64,000 nt of DNA from Candidatus Levyibacteriota bacterium (GTDB lineage: Bacteria; Patescibacteriota; Microgenomatia; Levybacterales; UBA12049): contig DAIDHK010000001.1 in NCBI GenBank assembly GCA_027459725.1, positions 195,411 through 259,410 of the forward strand, read 5' to 3'. A program made the position numbers and the translations under genes. The stretch's first letter is position 1. The number at the start of each line of letters is the position of its first letter. This document shows positions 47,553 to 55,867 of this stretch, one piece after another. Below the pieces are notes generated by a model that searched no databases, was not told the origin of the DNA, and saw nothing but the letters and a program-made list of their open reading frames with translations.

Positions 47553-47944
47553 TCACATCGTATCTAGTAACAATCGAAAACTCAAATTCTCAGCTTCTTC
47601 TAGATTAAGCCAACCGATTGCGATGCATTTATCAGGCTCATTGATTACAGGTATACCAAGTATAATTTTACTAATATAAGTAGGATAAACCCAATGCTGC
47701 TTTTCTTCAGGAATGATATGATCACATTTTCCCAGCAGTTCCAAGATTTCAATCTCTAATCCTAATTCTTCTCTAATCTCTCTTTTAATTGCCTGCTCAA
47801 AAGTTTCTCCAAACTCTACACTTCTTCCGGTTATTTCCCATTTACCTCTTTCAATTTTAGCTTTTTCTCCTCTCTGGGTATCCTTTCGGAGTTAATAATA
47901 GCCGCACCAACGCCCCCCCCGATATAATCAATTCCCCGTTGCAT
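47553..47944 (-). pseudogene. NUDIX hydrolase with an apparent frameshift
   Basis: N-terminus MQRGIDYIGGGVGAAIINSE in one frame (ATG at 47944), Nudix box (RGKWEITGRSVEFGETFEQAIKREIREELGLEI) in another frame with no in-frame ATG; shift near 47880..47890; an 8-C homopolymer lies at 47913..47920. Confidence 0.5.
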
Positions 47945-47978
47945 AATTTATTTAAAATATATAGAGTATATCAATTAA

Positions 47979-48605
47979 TTGCACATGGTAAACAAAACTC
48001 AATTAACAGATCGTGATAAAAAATTAAAAGATATTTTAAATAGGATTTGGCAACTTAAGGAATCCCCTTTATATAAATATAGAACCGAAAACCATTACTA
48101 TCCCGTAATTGGTGAAGGATCACATGAAGCTAGAATTATGTTTATTGGAGAAGCGCCCGGAGAGAACGAAGCAAGAACAGGTCGCCCGTTTTGCGGTGCC
48201 GCAGGTAGATTATTGGACCAGTTATTGGAATCTATAAATTTACAAAGGGCAGATGTATATATTTCCAATATAGTAAAAGATCGTCCACCTAATAATAGAG
48301 ATCCTTCACCCGAAGAAATAGAATTATATTCACCCTTTTTGGATGAACAAATAAATATAATTCAGCCGAAAATCATTGCTACTTTGGGTAGATTTTCTAT
48401 GCAATATGTTCTAGAAAAATTTAATTTACCTGAATCAGGACAAACTATTAGTAAACTCCATGGTAGAGTACTTAAAACGAAAACTGTTTATGGCAAAATA
48501 ATGGTTTTCCCACTCTATCATCCTGCTGCTGCATTGTATACTGGTTCCTTAAAAGAAACTTTAATGAAGGATATGCAAAAATTAACTAATGTTCTATCAG
48601 AGTAA
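47979..48605 (+). CDS. Uracil-DNA glycosylase superfamily protein, family 4-like
   Basis: GEAPGENEARTGRPFCGAAGRLL active-site motif and C-terminal HPAA-type motif (LYHPAAALY). Confidence 0.7.
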   Translation: MHMVNKTQLTDRDKKLKDILNRIWQLKESPLYKYRTENHYYPVIGEGSHEARIMFIGEAPGENEARTGRPFCGAAGRLLDQLLESINLQRADVYISNIVKDRPPNNRDPSPEEIELYSPFLDEQINIIQPKIIATLGRFSMQYVLEKFNLPESGQTISKLHGRVLKTKTVYGKIMVFPLYHPAAALYTGSLKETLMKDMQKLTNVLSE

Positions 48606-48613
48606 GTTGGTAT

Positions 48614-48934
48614 TTAGAGAAATGCTCCGCCCAACGCATAAAAGATTAAACCTACAACTACTGCCAAAACCAACAAACTTGATAACCCTGCAAAGACCAA
48701 TATTCCCAGTATAGACAAAATCCAAAAAATGAGAATAACTCCAGCAATTTGTCTAAAAGGAGATGGTAATACGCCTACAATTGTAGCCAGAACCAACAAT
48801 ATTAATAAATCCCATAATGTAATAACTTGATTATTAATGGTAAAAATTGGAATATTGGGGATCACTAATCCGCTAACATGAATATAGCCCAAAAACCAAA
48901 GGACAGCCAGAATAATAATTAATGCCCCAATCAT
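48614..48934 (-). CDS. Hypothetical small membrane protein (3 TM)
   Basis: 106-aa hydrophobic ORF. Confidence 0.4.
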   Translation of the reverse strand: MIGALIIILAVLWFLGYIHVSGLVIPNIPIFTINNQVITLWDLLILLVLATIVGVLPSPFRQIAGVILIFWILSILGILVFAGLSSLLVLAVVVGLIFYALGGAFL

Positions 48935-49054
48935 AAGATGATTATAAATTACTACCGTTTAAAAGGAATCAAAATTAGGTAAGTAACTAGTAAGAAAGGC
49001 TGAGGCAAATAAAAGAGGAATGATAACACATTCCTCTTTTATTAAAAATATATA

Positions 49055-49297
49055 TTAGTGGTAAATTACTCTACCTATCCATATGAGCACCACAGCTCCT
49101 ACTAAGGCAACAATTACACTATATAAATTGAAACCATTCACTCCCGGCTGACCCAGCAGGTTCATTAGAAACCCCCCTACCAATCCACCTATTATTCCTA
49201 AGATAATGTCTGCTAAAATACCATGACTTGATTTCATGATAATTGAAGCTAAATATCCAGCAACTGCACCTAATATTATCCAAGCAATTAAACCCAT
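49055..49297 (-). CDS. GlsB/YeaQ/YmgE-family stress-response membrane protein (transglycosylase-associated)
   Basis: 80 aa, MGLIAWIILGAVAGYLAS...GIIGGLVGGFL glycine-zipper TM pattern typical of the family. Confidence 0.7.
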   Translation of the reverse strand: MGLIAWIILGAVAGYLASIIMKSSHGILADIILGIIGGLVGGFLMNLLGQPGVNGFNLYSVIVALVGAVVLIWIGRVIYH

Positions 49298-49383
49298 ATT
49301 CCACCTCCTTTCGTTGGTATTAATGTTAAATAAGATGTTCTAAAAGCGGGTATAAGAAAGGTAAGGATAAAGTAAGACCTGAT

Positions 49384-51621
49384 TTACTGTTTTCTAGCTA
49401 TAGCCCTTTGATATGGTAATATTAAAGAGAATGTTGACCCTTTTCCCTTTTTACTCTGTATTCTGATCTCTCCGTCATGACGCTGGGCTATTTCATGTGA
49501 TAAATACAACCCTATACCCAACCCGGGAATTCCTCTAGCCTCTTTGTCTCTGATTTGATAAAAACGGTTAAATATCTTTGAGATGTGTTTTTTATCAATT
49601 CCTATTCCGAAATCCTCCACTGAGACGATGCATTTGTTCGATTCTAATATAGCTACAGTAACATTCACTCTATCTGAATCGGGAGAATATTTAATCGCAT
49701 TAGTAATCAGATTGATTATTATTTGTCCAACTCTATCTCTGTCACCATTAACAATGGCATCTCCAAATATTTTAAATGATAGTTTATGTTTATCCAGCGT
49801 AGGTTGAATCATCTCTACGATTTCTCTTGTAAGATCACCTATTGAAAAATTCTTATAATCAAATAACATTTTCCCAACTCTAATTCGTGAAATATTAAGT
49901 AAATCTTCTATTAATTTACTTAACTTATCTATCTGGGAGTCCATGCGTTGTAAATAAGTATTTTCAGTTAACAGTCTTTTTTTCTGTAATTGTTTATTAA
50001 TTACTTGAATATAGACTTTCAAACTAGTCAAAGGTGTTTTTAGTTCATGAGAAGCTATACTGATAAACTCATCCCGAAGTTTAGTAGCCATCTGTGCCTG
50101 ACGATATAATCGTGCATTTTCTATAGCTAATGATGCTCTTGCAGATAATTCTTCAGCAATGACTAAGTCCATATCTGTGTAATGGATGTTAGGATTAGTA
50201 CTCAAGAAAGTCATTGTTCCTAAAGTTTTATGACGAGAGAACAGAGGAACTATAATTACAGATTGTAGATTAAGTCCATTGACAATTTTCTTTGTTTTTT
50301 TATCTTTTATACCTTCAGCAAGCATTTCTGGAGTAATAAGAGGATATAATTCAGACTTACCTGTATTAAGAACCCTTCTTATAATTTCTTCGTTCTTTAA
50401 AATAGAAGGAAATAACTCTCGCATTTTCTCAGCCCATATAACTTTCTTAACGTCCGCATTGGTTATAGCTACTGTTTCAATTTCCTTATTGGAATTTACA
50501 ATATCAATTACGCACCAGTCTGCCATATGTCCGATAGCTAATTGAGCAACATTCTTCAGAGTGGTACGGTAATTAAGCGAGGCCGAAAGCACTTGACTTA
50601 CTCCTGCTAAAAAGATCATATGTTTTACTGATCGACGTCTCTCCAGATCTATTCTGTCTAAATCAGTAGCATTTCTCCAAATCAAAATTGTATAAACAAT
50701 AATAGTAGTAACTATCAGCAATAAATATCGATAATTAGTATCATATAAACCCACCCTATAACCAGCTAAAATAATGGCACCCAGTAATAGAGGAGTTAAC
50801 GTTGTCATGAATAAGAGTTTTCTTGCCATCAGACCTCCGGCACTTTCACTAACAACAATCCTCATGACTCCTCTTTCTGGTAAAACAAAAAAAAGTCCTG
50901 CAATTAATAAAGAAAATGCCACTGCATTTAATAACAAAGGTTCCATAAATGTTTTATAAACAAATTGCATATTATAAACATATCCAATAATAGTGGGACT
51001 TAAAATTATCCCTGCCATTAATATAAAAAACTGGCTTACTCGATGATTTAAGATTTTTATATTTAAGGTGAGTAAGGAAATACTAAGTAAAATAAAAAGG
51101 ACTCCAGAAACTGAAGAAGTATTATATATAGAAATTATTCCTGAATATTTCAGAAATGGGGAAATTGGTAATAATGTCCAATTAATATGTACTAATCTTT
51201 CTACTAACGAAAAACTACCGATAAGAAAAACAGTTAAGGCTGAGAAATCACGAATAAATCTAATGAGGAATCTTATATATATATTTCTACTTGATGTTTG
51301 TACAGTTATTAGAGCCATACTGGAAAAGACAAATGCGATCGAGCTTCGGGGATCAATACTTAGAACTCCATTATCAATCAAAAGCGACCATTTATATCTC
51401 CAGCCAATAAAAGATAATATTCCAATAGAAAAAGTCAAAAAACCGCAAAATTTAGAGAATGTCCTTAAGCTTTTAATAAAATTTTCCGGTGAAAATGTAT
51501 AAATAGACTGAAATTTGTTAAAATAATTAGTTATAAATCTTTGATTCTCAGCAGTTCTCGCTCTTGTAAATAGTCTGTTCATTGTGGCCACTATTGTACG
51601 AGTTATGTAAGTAAATAACAA
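49384..51621 (-). CDS. Sensor histidine kinase: about 8-10 TM sensor, GAF domain, HisKA and HATPase_c
   Basis: H-box FISIASHELKTPL; N, G1 (DFGIGI) and G2 (GLGIGL) boxes; long polytopic N-terminus; no response regulator adjacent. Confidence 0.8.
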   Translation of the reverse strand: MLFTYITRTIVATMNRLFTRARTAENQRFITNYFNKFQSIYTFSPENFIKSLRTFSKFCGFLTFSIGILSFIGWRYKWSLLIDNGVLSIDPRSSIAFVFSSMALITVQTSSRNIYIRFLIRFIRDFSALTVFLIGSFSLVERLVHINWTLLPISPFLKYSGIISIYNTSSVSGVLFILLSISLLTLNIKILNHRVSQFFILMAGIILSPTIIGYVYNMQFVYKTFMEPLLLNAVAFSLLIAGLFFVLPERGVMRIVVSESAGGLMARKLLFMTTLTPLLLGAIILAGYRVGLYDTNYRYLLLIVTTIIVYTILIWRNATDLDRIDLERRRSVKHMIFLAGVSQVLSASLNYRTTLKNVAQLAIGHMADWCVIDIVNSNKEIETVAITNADVKKVIWAEKMRELFPSILKNEEIIRRVLNTGKSELYPLITPEMLAEGIKDKKTKKIVNGLNLQSVIIVPLFSRHKTLGTMTFLSTNPNIHYTDMDLVIAEELSARASLAIENARLYRQAQMATKLRDEFISIASHELKTPLTSLKVYIQVINKQLQKKRLLTENTYLQRMDSQIDKLSKLIEDLLNISRIRVGKMLFDYKNFSIGDLTREIVEMIQPTLDKHKLSFKIFGDAIVNGDRDRVGQIIINLITNAIKYSPDSDRVNVTVAILESNKCIVSVEDFGIGIDKKHISKIFNRFYQIRDKEARGIPGLGIGLYLSHEIAQRHDGEIRIQSKKGKGSTFSLILPYQRAIARKQ

Positions 51622-51697
51622 TACTTACCAATATCACTTGCAAGAAAAAAAACTCTGTATATAATTGAAACTGTTCACAGAAAGGGGGTGAAATTTT

Positions 51698-52303
51698 ATG
51701 TTTAAACTTCCTGACCTTCCATATAGTTATGATGCTTTAGCACCATATATTAGTGCCGACATTCAGCATCTTCATCATTCAGCACATCATGCAACCTATG
51801 TAAAGAATCTTAATACTGCATTAGAAAAACATCCTGAATGGCAAAATAAGACTATAGAAGAAATTATTACTTCATTAGATAACCTACCGGAGGATATTAA
51901 GACTACTGTTAGAAATAATGGAGGAGGTCATTATAACCATTCAATGTTTTGGAAAATGATGACGCCAAAAGCACAAGGTAAACCACAGGGGGCAACTTTG
52001 GATAAAATACAACATTTCTTTGGAGAATTCGAAACTTTCAAAGATCAGTTCTCTCAAGGTGCAACAAAAATTTTTGGCAGTGGGTGGCAGTGGTTAATAA
52101 TTGAAAACGGAGAGCTCAAATTAATGAGTACTCCCAATCAGGACTCACCTTTGTCACAAGGTAAAAAACCGCTTTTGGGATTAGACGTTTGGGAGCATGC
52201 CTACTATCTGCAATATTACAATAAAAGAGCTGATTATATTTCAGCTTGGTGGAATATTGTAAACTGGGAGTATGTTTCTCAGCTTTTAGATGAAGCAAAG
52301 TAA
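51698..52303 (+). CDS. sodA: Fe/Mn superoxide dismutase
   Basis: LPDLPYSYDALAPYIS...HHSAHHATYV...DVWEHAYY metal-ligand motifs. Confidence 0.95.
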   Translation: MFKLPDLPYSYDALAPYISADIQHLHHSAHHATYVKNLNTALEKHPEWQNKTIEEIITSLDNLPEDIKTTVRNNGGGHYNHSMFWKMMTPKAQGKPQGATLDKIQHFFGEFETFKDQFSQGATKIFGSGWQWLIIENGELKLMSTPNQDSPLSQGKKPLLGLDVWEHAYYLQYYNKRADYISAWWNIVNWEYVSQLLDEAK

Positions 52304-52306
52304 AAA

Positions 52307-52354
52307 TTACCTCTCTTTACATACAACTAGTACTTTCATGTAACAGAGAGGTAA
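52307..52354. terminator. Bidirectional hairpin terminator between convergent sodA and the KGG-protein gene
   Basis: Perfect 10-bp inverted repeat TTACCTCTCT (52307..52316) / AGAGAGGTAA (52345..52354); T-run flanks on the minus strand. Confidence 0.55.
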
Positions 52355-52371
52355 TCTATTTGAAAAGTCTT

Positions 52372-52536
52372 TCACTTTTTTCTGTGGGAATTTTTACCAC
52401 CTTTCCTACCTATCTCAGACATATGCTGTCTATTTCGGCTTACGGCCAGACCTCCTTTACTGCCGATCATTGAACGCTGATCAGAAGTTAGATTATCCTG
52501 ATGACGTCTGTCGGTATGATTAGTCATTCTTGTCAT
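52372..52536 (-). CDS. Small KGG-repeat general stress protein (54 aa)
   Basis: Strong SD AGGAGGTG 5 nt upstream; product MTRMTNHTDRRHQDNLTSDQRSMIGSKGGLAVSRNRQHMSEIGRKGGKNSHRKK with SKGG/RKGG repeats like YciG/KGG family; below ORF-track cutoff. Confidence 0.5.
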   Translation of the reverse strand: MTRMTNHTDRRHQDNLTSDQRSMIGSKGGLAVSRNRQHMSEIGRKGGKNSHRKK

Positions 52537-52680
52537 TTACTTCACCTCCTTTCTTAAAAGTACACAGTCTGTGTTACAAAGCAATAATATGTAGTTATCC
52601 TGAGAAACAAACCAAAATCTTGTAGCAAAAATGTAAGAAGCGGGTGTTATTCTGAAAATTAAATAGTTTAGGAGAATTTG

Positions 52681-52753
52681 TGCGTCTGGGAGGACTCGGA
52701 CCTCCGACGTGATGTGTATAAGACATCTGTTCTAGCCGCTGAACTACAGACGC
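52681..52753 (-). tRNA. tRNA-Ile with anticodon UAU (reads AUA)
   Basis: Clean cloverleaf on minus strand: 7-bp acceptor stem (GCGUCUG/CAGACGC), 4-bp D stem, 5-bp anticodon stem with loop CUUAUAC (U33, anticodon UAU, A37), 5-nt variable loop, 5-bp T stem, discriminator A73, no encoded CCA; T-loop UCCGAGU has C at position 55. Confidence 0.7.
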
Positions 52754-52797
52754 AAGCGCAGTAAGTATACCACACGCATGATATGAAAAGAAAAGTT

Positions 52798-55182
52798 TTA
52801 CAACTTAGCTCTTTGTGAAATCTCTGACTCTACAATTTTTACATCTCTACCAAATTTCAAACGGGACAATTCTTTTACTAATTCTGCAACTCTAGCATTT
52901 TTCATTTTGTCCTCTTGAGAAGTATCTTTGGTTAAATCTAAAGAAAAAGGCGGAACCGGTTCTCCATCAACACCTGTTCTTATATAGGCATTAAAGCGAT
53001 CAATATTAATTAAGTCAGCTTCTGTAAATGTCGGAGTAAATTCGTGTTGTAGATAGTTAGCATCAGTTACTCCAACACGAAAAGAAACAATCGTTCCCAC
53101 ATTTCCAAAAATAGCATTTTTAATTTCTTCATCCATCTGTCCAATAAACTGATTGGCAACAATCAAATTAAGTTTATATTTTCTCGCTTCTGATAAAATT
53201 TGCGCAAAATCAGGTGTGGCAAAGTTTTGAAACTCATCAACGTATAAATAAAAATCTTTACGCTGCTCTTTGGGTATATCCTGACGACTCATGGCGGCAA
53301 CTAGAATTTTAGGTACAATAATTAAGCCTAAAAAACTAGAATTTTCTTCACCGATCCTACCTTTTGAAAGATTAATTAATAAGATCTTTCTGTTATCCAT
53401 AACGTCTCTAAACTGAAATGCGCTATATGATTGACCAATAATGTTACGGATCATTTTGTTAGTAACAAAACGTCCGAATTTGGAAGTAATATAATCCAAT
53501 ACTTCAGACTTATGAAAGTCACTTGTCTGGGCAATCTGATCTGTCCAATAACGTCTAACAATTGGATCATCCACTTTAGGTAACAATTCCTGTACAAAAG
53601 CTGGATCTGTTAACACACGCATAACTTCAATAAACGTATTCCCAGGCTCAGACATAACCGTTAACATAGCATTACGTACGGCATGCTCAAAACGCGGGCC
53701 AATAATACCTGTTTTGTTAGGATCAAAAAGCTTATACATTAAACCGATAATCGACGTTACTACCATATGCTTCTGGTCCTCAGATTGTGCTTCCAGCATG
53801 TTCATTCCCATTGGCCTCTCAATATCTGAAGGATCAAATAAAATCACATCTTCTGCCCGCTGCGGTGGAATAAGCTGTAAAATATCCTCTACTAAATCTC
53901 CATGAGGATCTACCACCGCCAACCCTTCTCCTGCTCGAATATCCTGCATAATCATCTCTTTCAAAAATTCAGATTTTCCTGTACCTGTCTTACCTATAAT
54001 ATACATATGTCGCTGGCGGTCAAATTTACTCATATATACTGGTCTGCTAATACCCCTAAAGATGCTCTTACCGATGAATAAACCATTTGATGGCAAGTTA
54101 GACGGGGCTGGTGCTCTTTTTGAGTTAACCCAATGTATACCAGGTGTTGCAACCCCTTTATTGGGGAAATGAAAAATTGTTGCAAGCTCTTCGCTAGTTA
54201 AAACAGATGTATGATCCCATAGTGGCCAATAACGATAGACGAAATCCGTAATAAAAGCACCCTTCATACGAATTTTAAGTTTTTTAAACTCATTCGATCC
54301 GCCATACTGACTAAAACCATTAATTATATTAGAGAGATGCATATTTGCAGCCTCAGTAGAACTTGAAGAAACAACAACCCTAATAGTAGTATCAAAACCT
54401 GGTTTGGATATCTTATTTTCAATACCCTCCAGCTCCTTACTGTCGACTGAATATTTCGCAGTTTCCGGATTTGACTCACTTTTTTTGGTTTTAGCAATAT
54501 ACGCTTTGCCTTGCGACTTCCAATGTTTATCGGCAGGACTTATCAGAATTTGAACAGCTATACCTTCCCCTTCTCCCATCTTGGCTAGTGTGGATGTAAT
54601 AGAGGCCATGGGATCAACAGGAAAATCTTTAAATACTTTAATTGGATAATAAGAAGCAGATTTTAATTTTAAGGAAGCGTATGCAACTTTTCCTGTTTCC
54701 GAAAAAATATTATATTCCCCACCCAGAATAGAATCGGTTCTCTGATGTGCAGCCGAGTCTCCAACCTCGACAATCAGAGCATCCGGATAAGAACCATTAA
54801 TTTGCTTCTCTACGAAGTCACGAATTTTATTTGGAACATGAATATAATAGCGAATATCTCCGGGCATACCGACTATTTCAAACGAGAGATGTGGTTGGGG
54901 ATGCAAAAAATGGAATCTTCCACCCTTTTTTATAGCAGCCAAGCTGGAAAACAACTGTTCGGCAGCATCAATTTTGATCTCATTATCACGTGGTACAGCT
55001 ACCTGAAGTAAAGTTGAATTCAGAGCATCCTCTTCACGATGTCTATACTTATACCACAAAAAAAATATATACCCCACGAGAGCCAATAAAGCAAAAAAAA
55101 TTAAGAAACCTGCAGCAAATAACACCAGACCTATTAATAGTCCTGTCGGATCTCCAGCCAAAAATGAACTTACCACATCCAT
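52798..55182 (-). CDS. Membrane-anchored VirD4/TraG/TraD-like coupling-protein-family ATPase with a long N-terminal extra domain
   Basis: N-terminal TM; Walker A IIGKTGTGKSEF followed by VVDPHGDL (T4CP DPKGE-like); Walker B YLYVDEFQNF and C-terminal ...KLNLIVANQFIGQM...GNVGTIVSFRV resembling the TraG-D_C region. Confidence 0.5.
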   Translation of the reverse strand: MDVVSSFLAGDPTGLLIGLVLFAAGFLIFFALLALVGYIFFLWYKYRHREEDALNSTLLQVAVPRDNEIKIDAAEQLFSSLAAIKKGGRFHFLHPQPHLSFEIVGMPGDIRYYIHVPNKIRDFVEKQINGSYPDALIVEVGDSAAHQRTDSILGGEYNIFSETGKVAYASLKLKSASYYPIKVFKDFPVDPMASITSTLAKMGEGEGIAVQILISPADKHWKSQGKAYIAKTKKSESNPETAKYSVDSKELEGIENKISKPGFDTTIRVVVSSSSTEAANMHLSNIINGFSQYGGSNEFKKLKIRMKGAFITDFVYRYWPLWDHTSVLTSEELATIFHFPNKGVATPGIHWVNSKRAPAPSNLPSNGLFIGKSIFRGISRPVYMSKFDRQRHMYIIGKTGTGKSEFLKEMIMQDIRAGEGLAVVDPHGDLVEDILQLIPPQRAEDVILFDPSDIERPMGMNMLEAQSEDQKHMVVTSIIGLMYKLFDPNKTGIIGPRFEHAVRNAMLTVMSEPGNTFIEVMRVLTDPAFVQELLPKVDDPIVRRYWTDQIAQTSDFHKSEVLDYITSKFGRFVTNKMIRNIIGQSYSAFQFRDVMDNRKILLINLSKGRIGEENSSFLGLIIVPKILVAAMSRQDIPKEQRKDFYLYVDEFQNFATPDFAQILSEARKYKLNLIVANQFIGQMDEEIKNAIFGNVGTIVSFRVGVTDANYLQHEFTPTFTEADLINIDRFNAYIRTGVDGEPVPPFSLDLTKDTSQEDKMKNARVAELVKELSRLKFGRDVKIVESEISQRAKL

Positions 55183-55189
55183 AATTAAG

Positions 55190-55816
55190 TTATGCCGCTT
55201 TTTCTACTAACGCTAACTTCGACTCCTCCTTTTTACGTAGTTCCTTTATATGAAGTTTATGCAAGATAGATAAAACAAGTACAGCAAGCCAATGCTTAGA
55301 TTCATCCGGAGAAGTAGTTTTTATTATATCAGCAGCCTCATTGCCTGTAAATGGTTGTTGAGGAAACTTCATGCTTGCTGCAATATGAGAATTCATAGGT
55401 ACAGATTCTTTAGCAGGTTCCAATCCGGCTAATTCTTGAGAAGCAGACAATTTTAACTGTTCGTCATCTTTGGATTCTTCAACTCCAATCTCCTTTAATT
55501 CTGCACTTATTTCAGGCTGACTTTCGCTAGCTTCTGAAACATGCATAGCTTCATTAGACCGTATGGGCGTTTGTTCTTTGTGAAGCGAACTAACGGGATG
55601 ATAGGATTGAGAAGATTTAGTTTGAACTTCGCTATTATTCAACTGTTGAATGCGATCGTCCTGACTAATAGTTGCCATAGTTGGTGATGAGCTGGAATGG
55701 TCTTGCATTACATTCACCTGTGTACCAACGGTACCAGGCTGCACTGTTGATTGATCATCAGCTGTTAACTGCGCTAAGGGTTGAGAATTTGAATTCTGTT
55801 GTATACTATCATCCAT
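55190..55816 (-). CDS. Acidic, Ser/Gln/Glu-rich low-complexity protein with C-terminal amphipathic/hydrophobic helix
   Basis: 208 aa; predicted disordered; C-terminal HWLAVLVLSILHKLHI; 8 nt upstream of the ATPase gene. Confidence 0.5.
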   Translation of the reverse strand: MDDSIQQNSNSQPLAQLTADDQSTVQPGTVGTQVNVMQDHSSSSPTMATISQDDRIQQLNNSEVQTKSSQSYHPVSSLHKEQTPIRSNEAMHVSEASESQPEISAELKEIGVEESKDDEQLKLSASQELAGLEPAKESVPMNSHIAASMKFPQQPFTGNEAADIIKTTSPDESKHWLAVLVLSILHKLHIKELRKKEESKLALVEKAA

Positions 55817-55867
55817 ATATTTATCTTAACATGTATGTAAGTATACAACAAACAATACTTAAATTTA

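Noticed and set aside
47913-47920. Homopolymer of eight C (eight G on the coding strand) near the NUDIX 5' end
   Set aside because: Considered as the frameshift site, but the frame change maps about 30 nt downstream (near 47885); the run itself reads through in-frame as GGG-GGG-GGC (Gly-Gly-Gly).
51068-51502. 144-aa plus-strand ORF antisense to the histidine kinase sensor region
   Set aside because: Overlaps the TM sensor coding region of the kinase on the other strand; AT-rich antisense ORFs of this size are expected by chance here.
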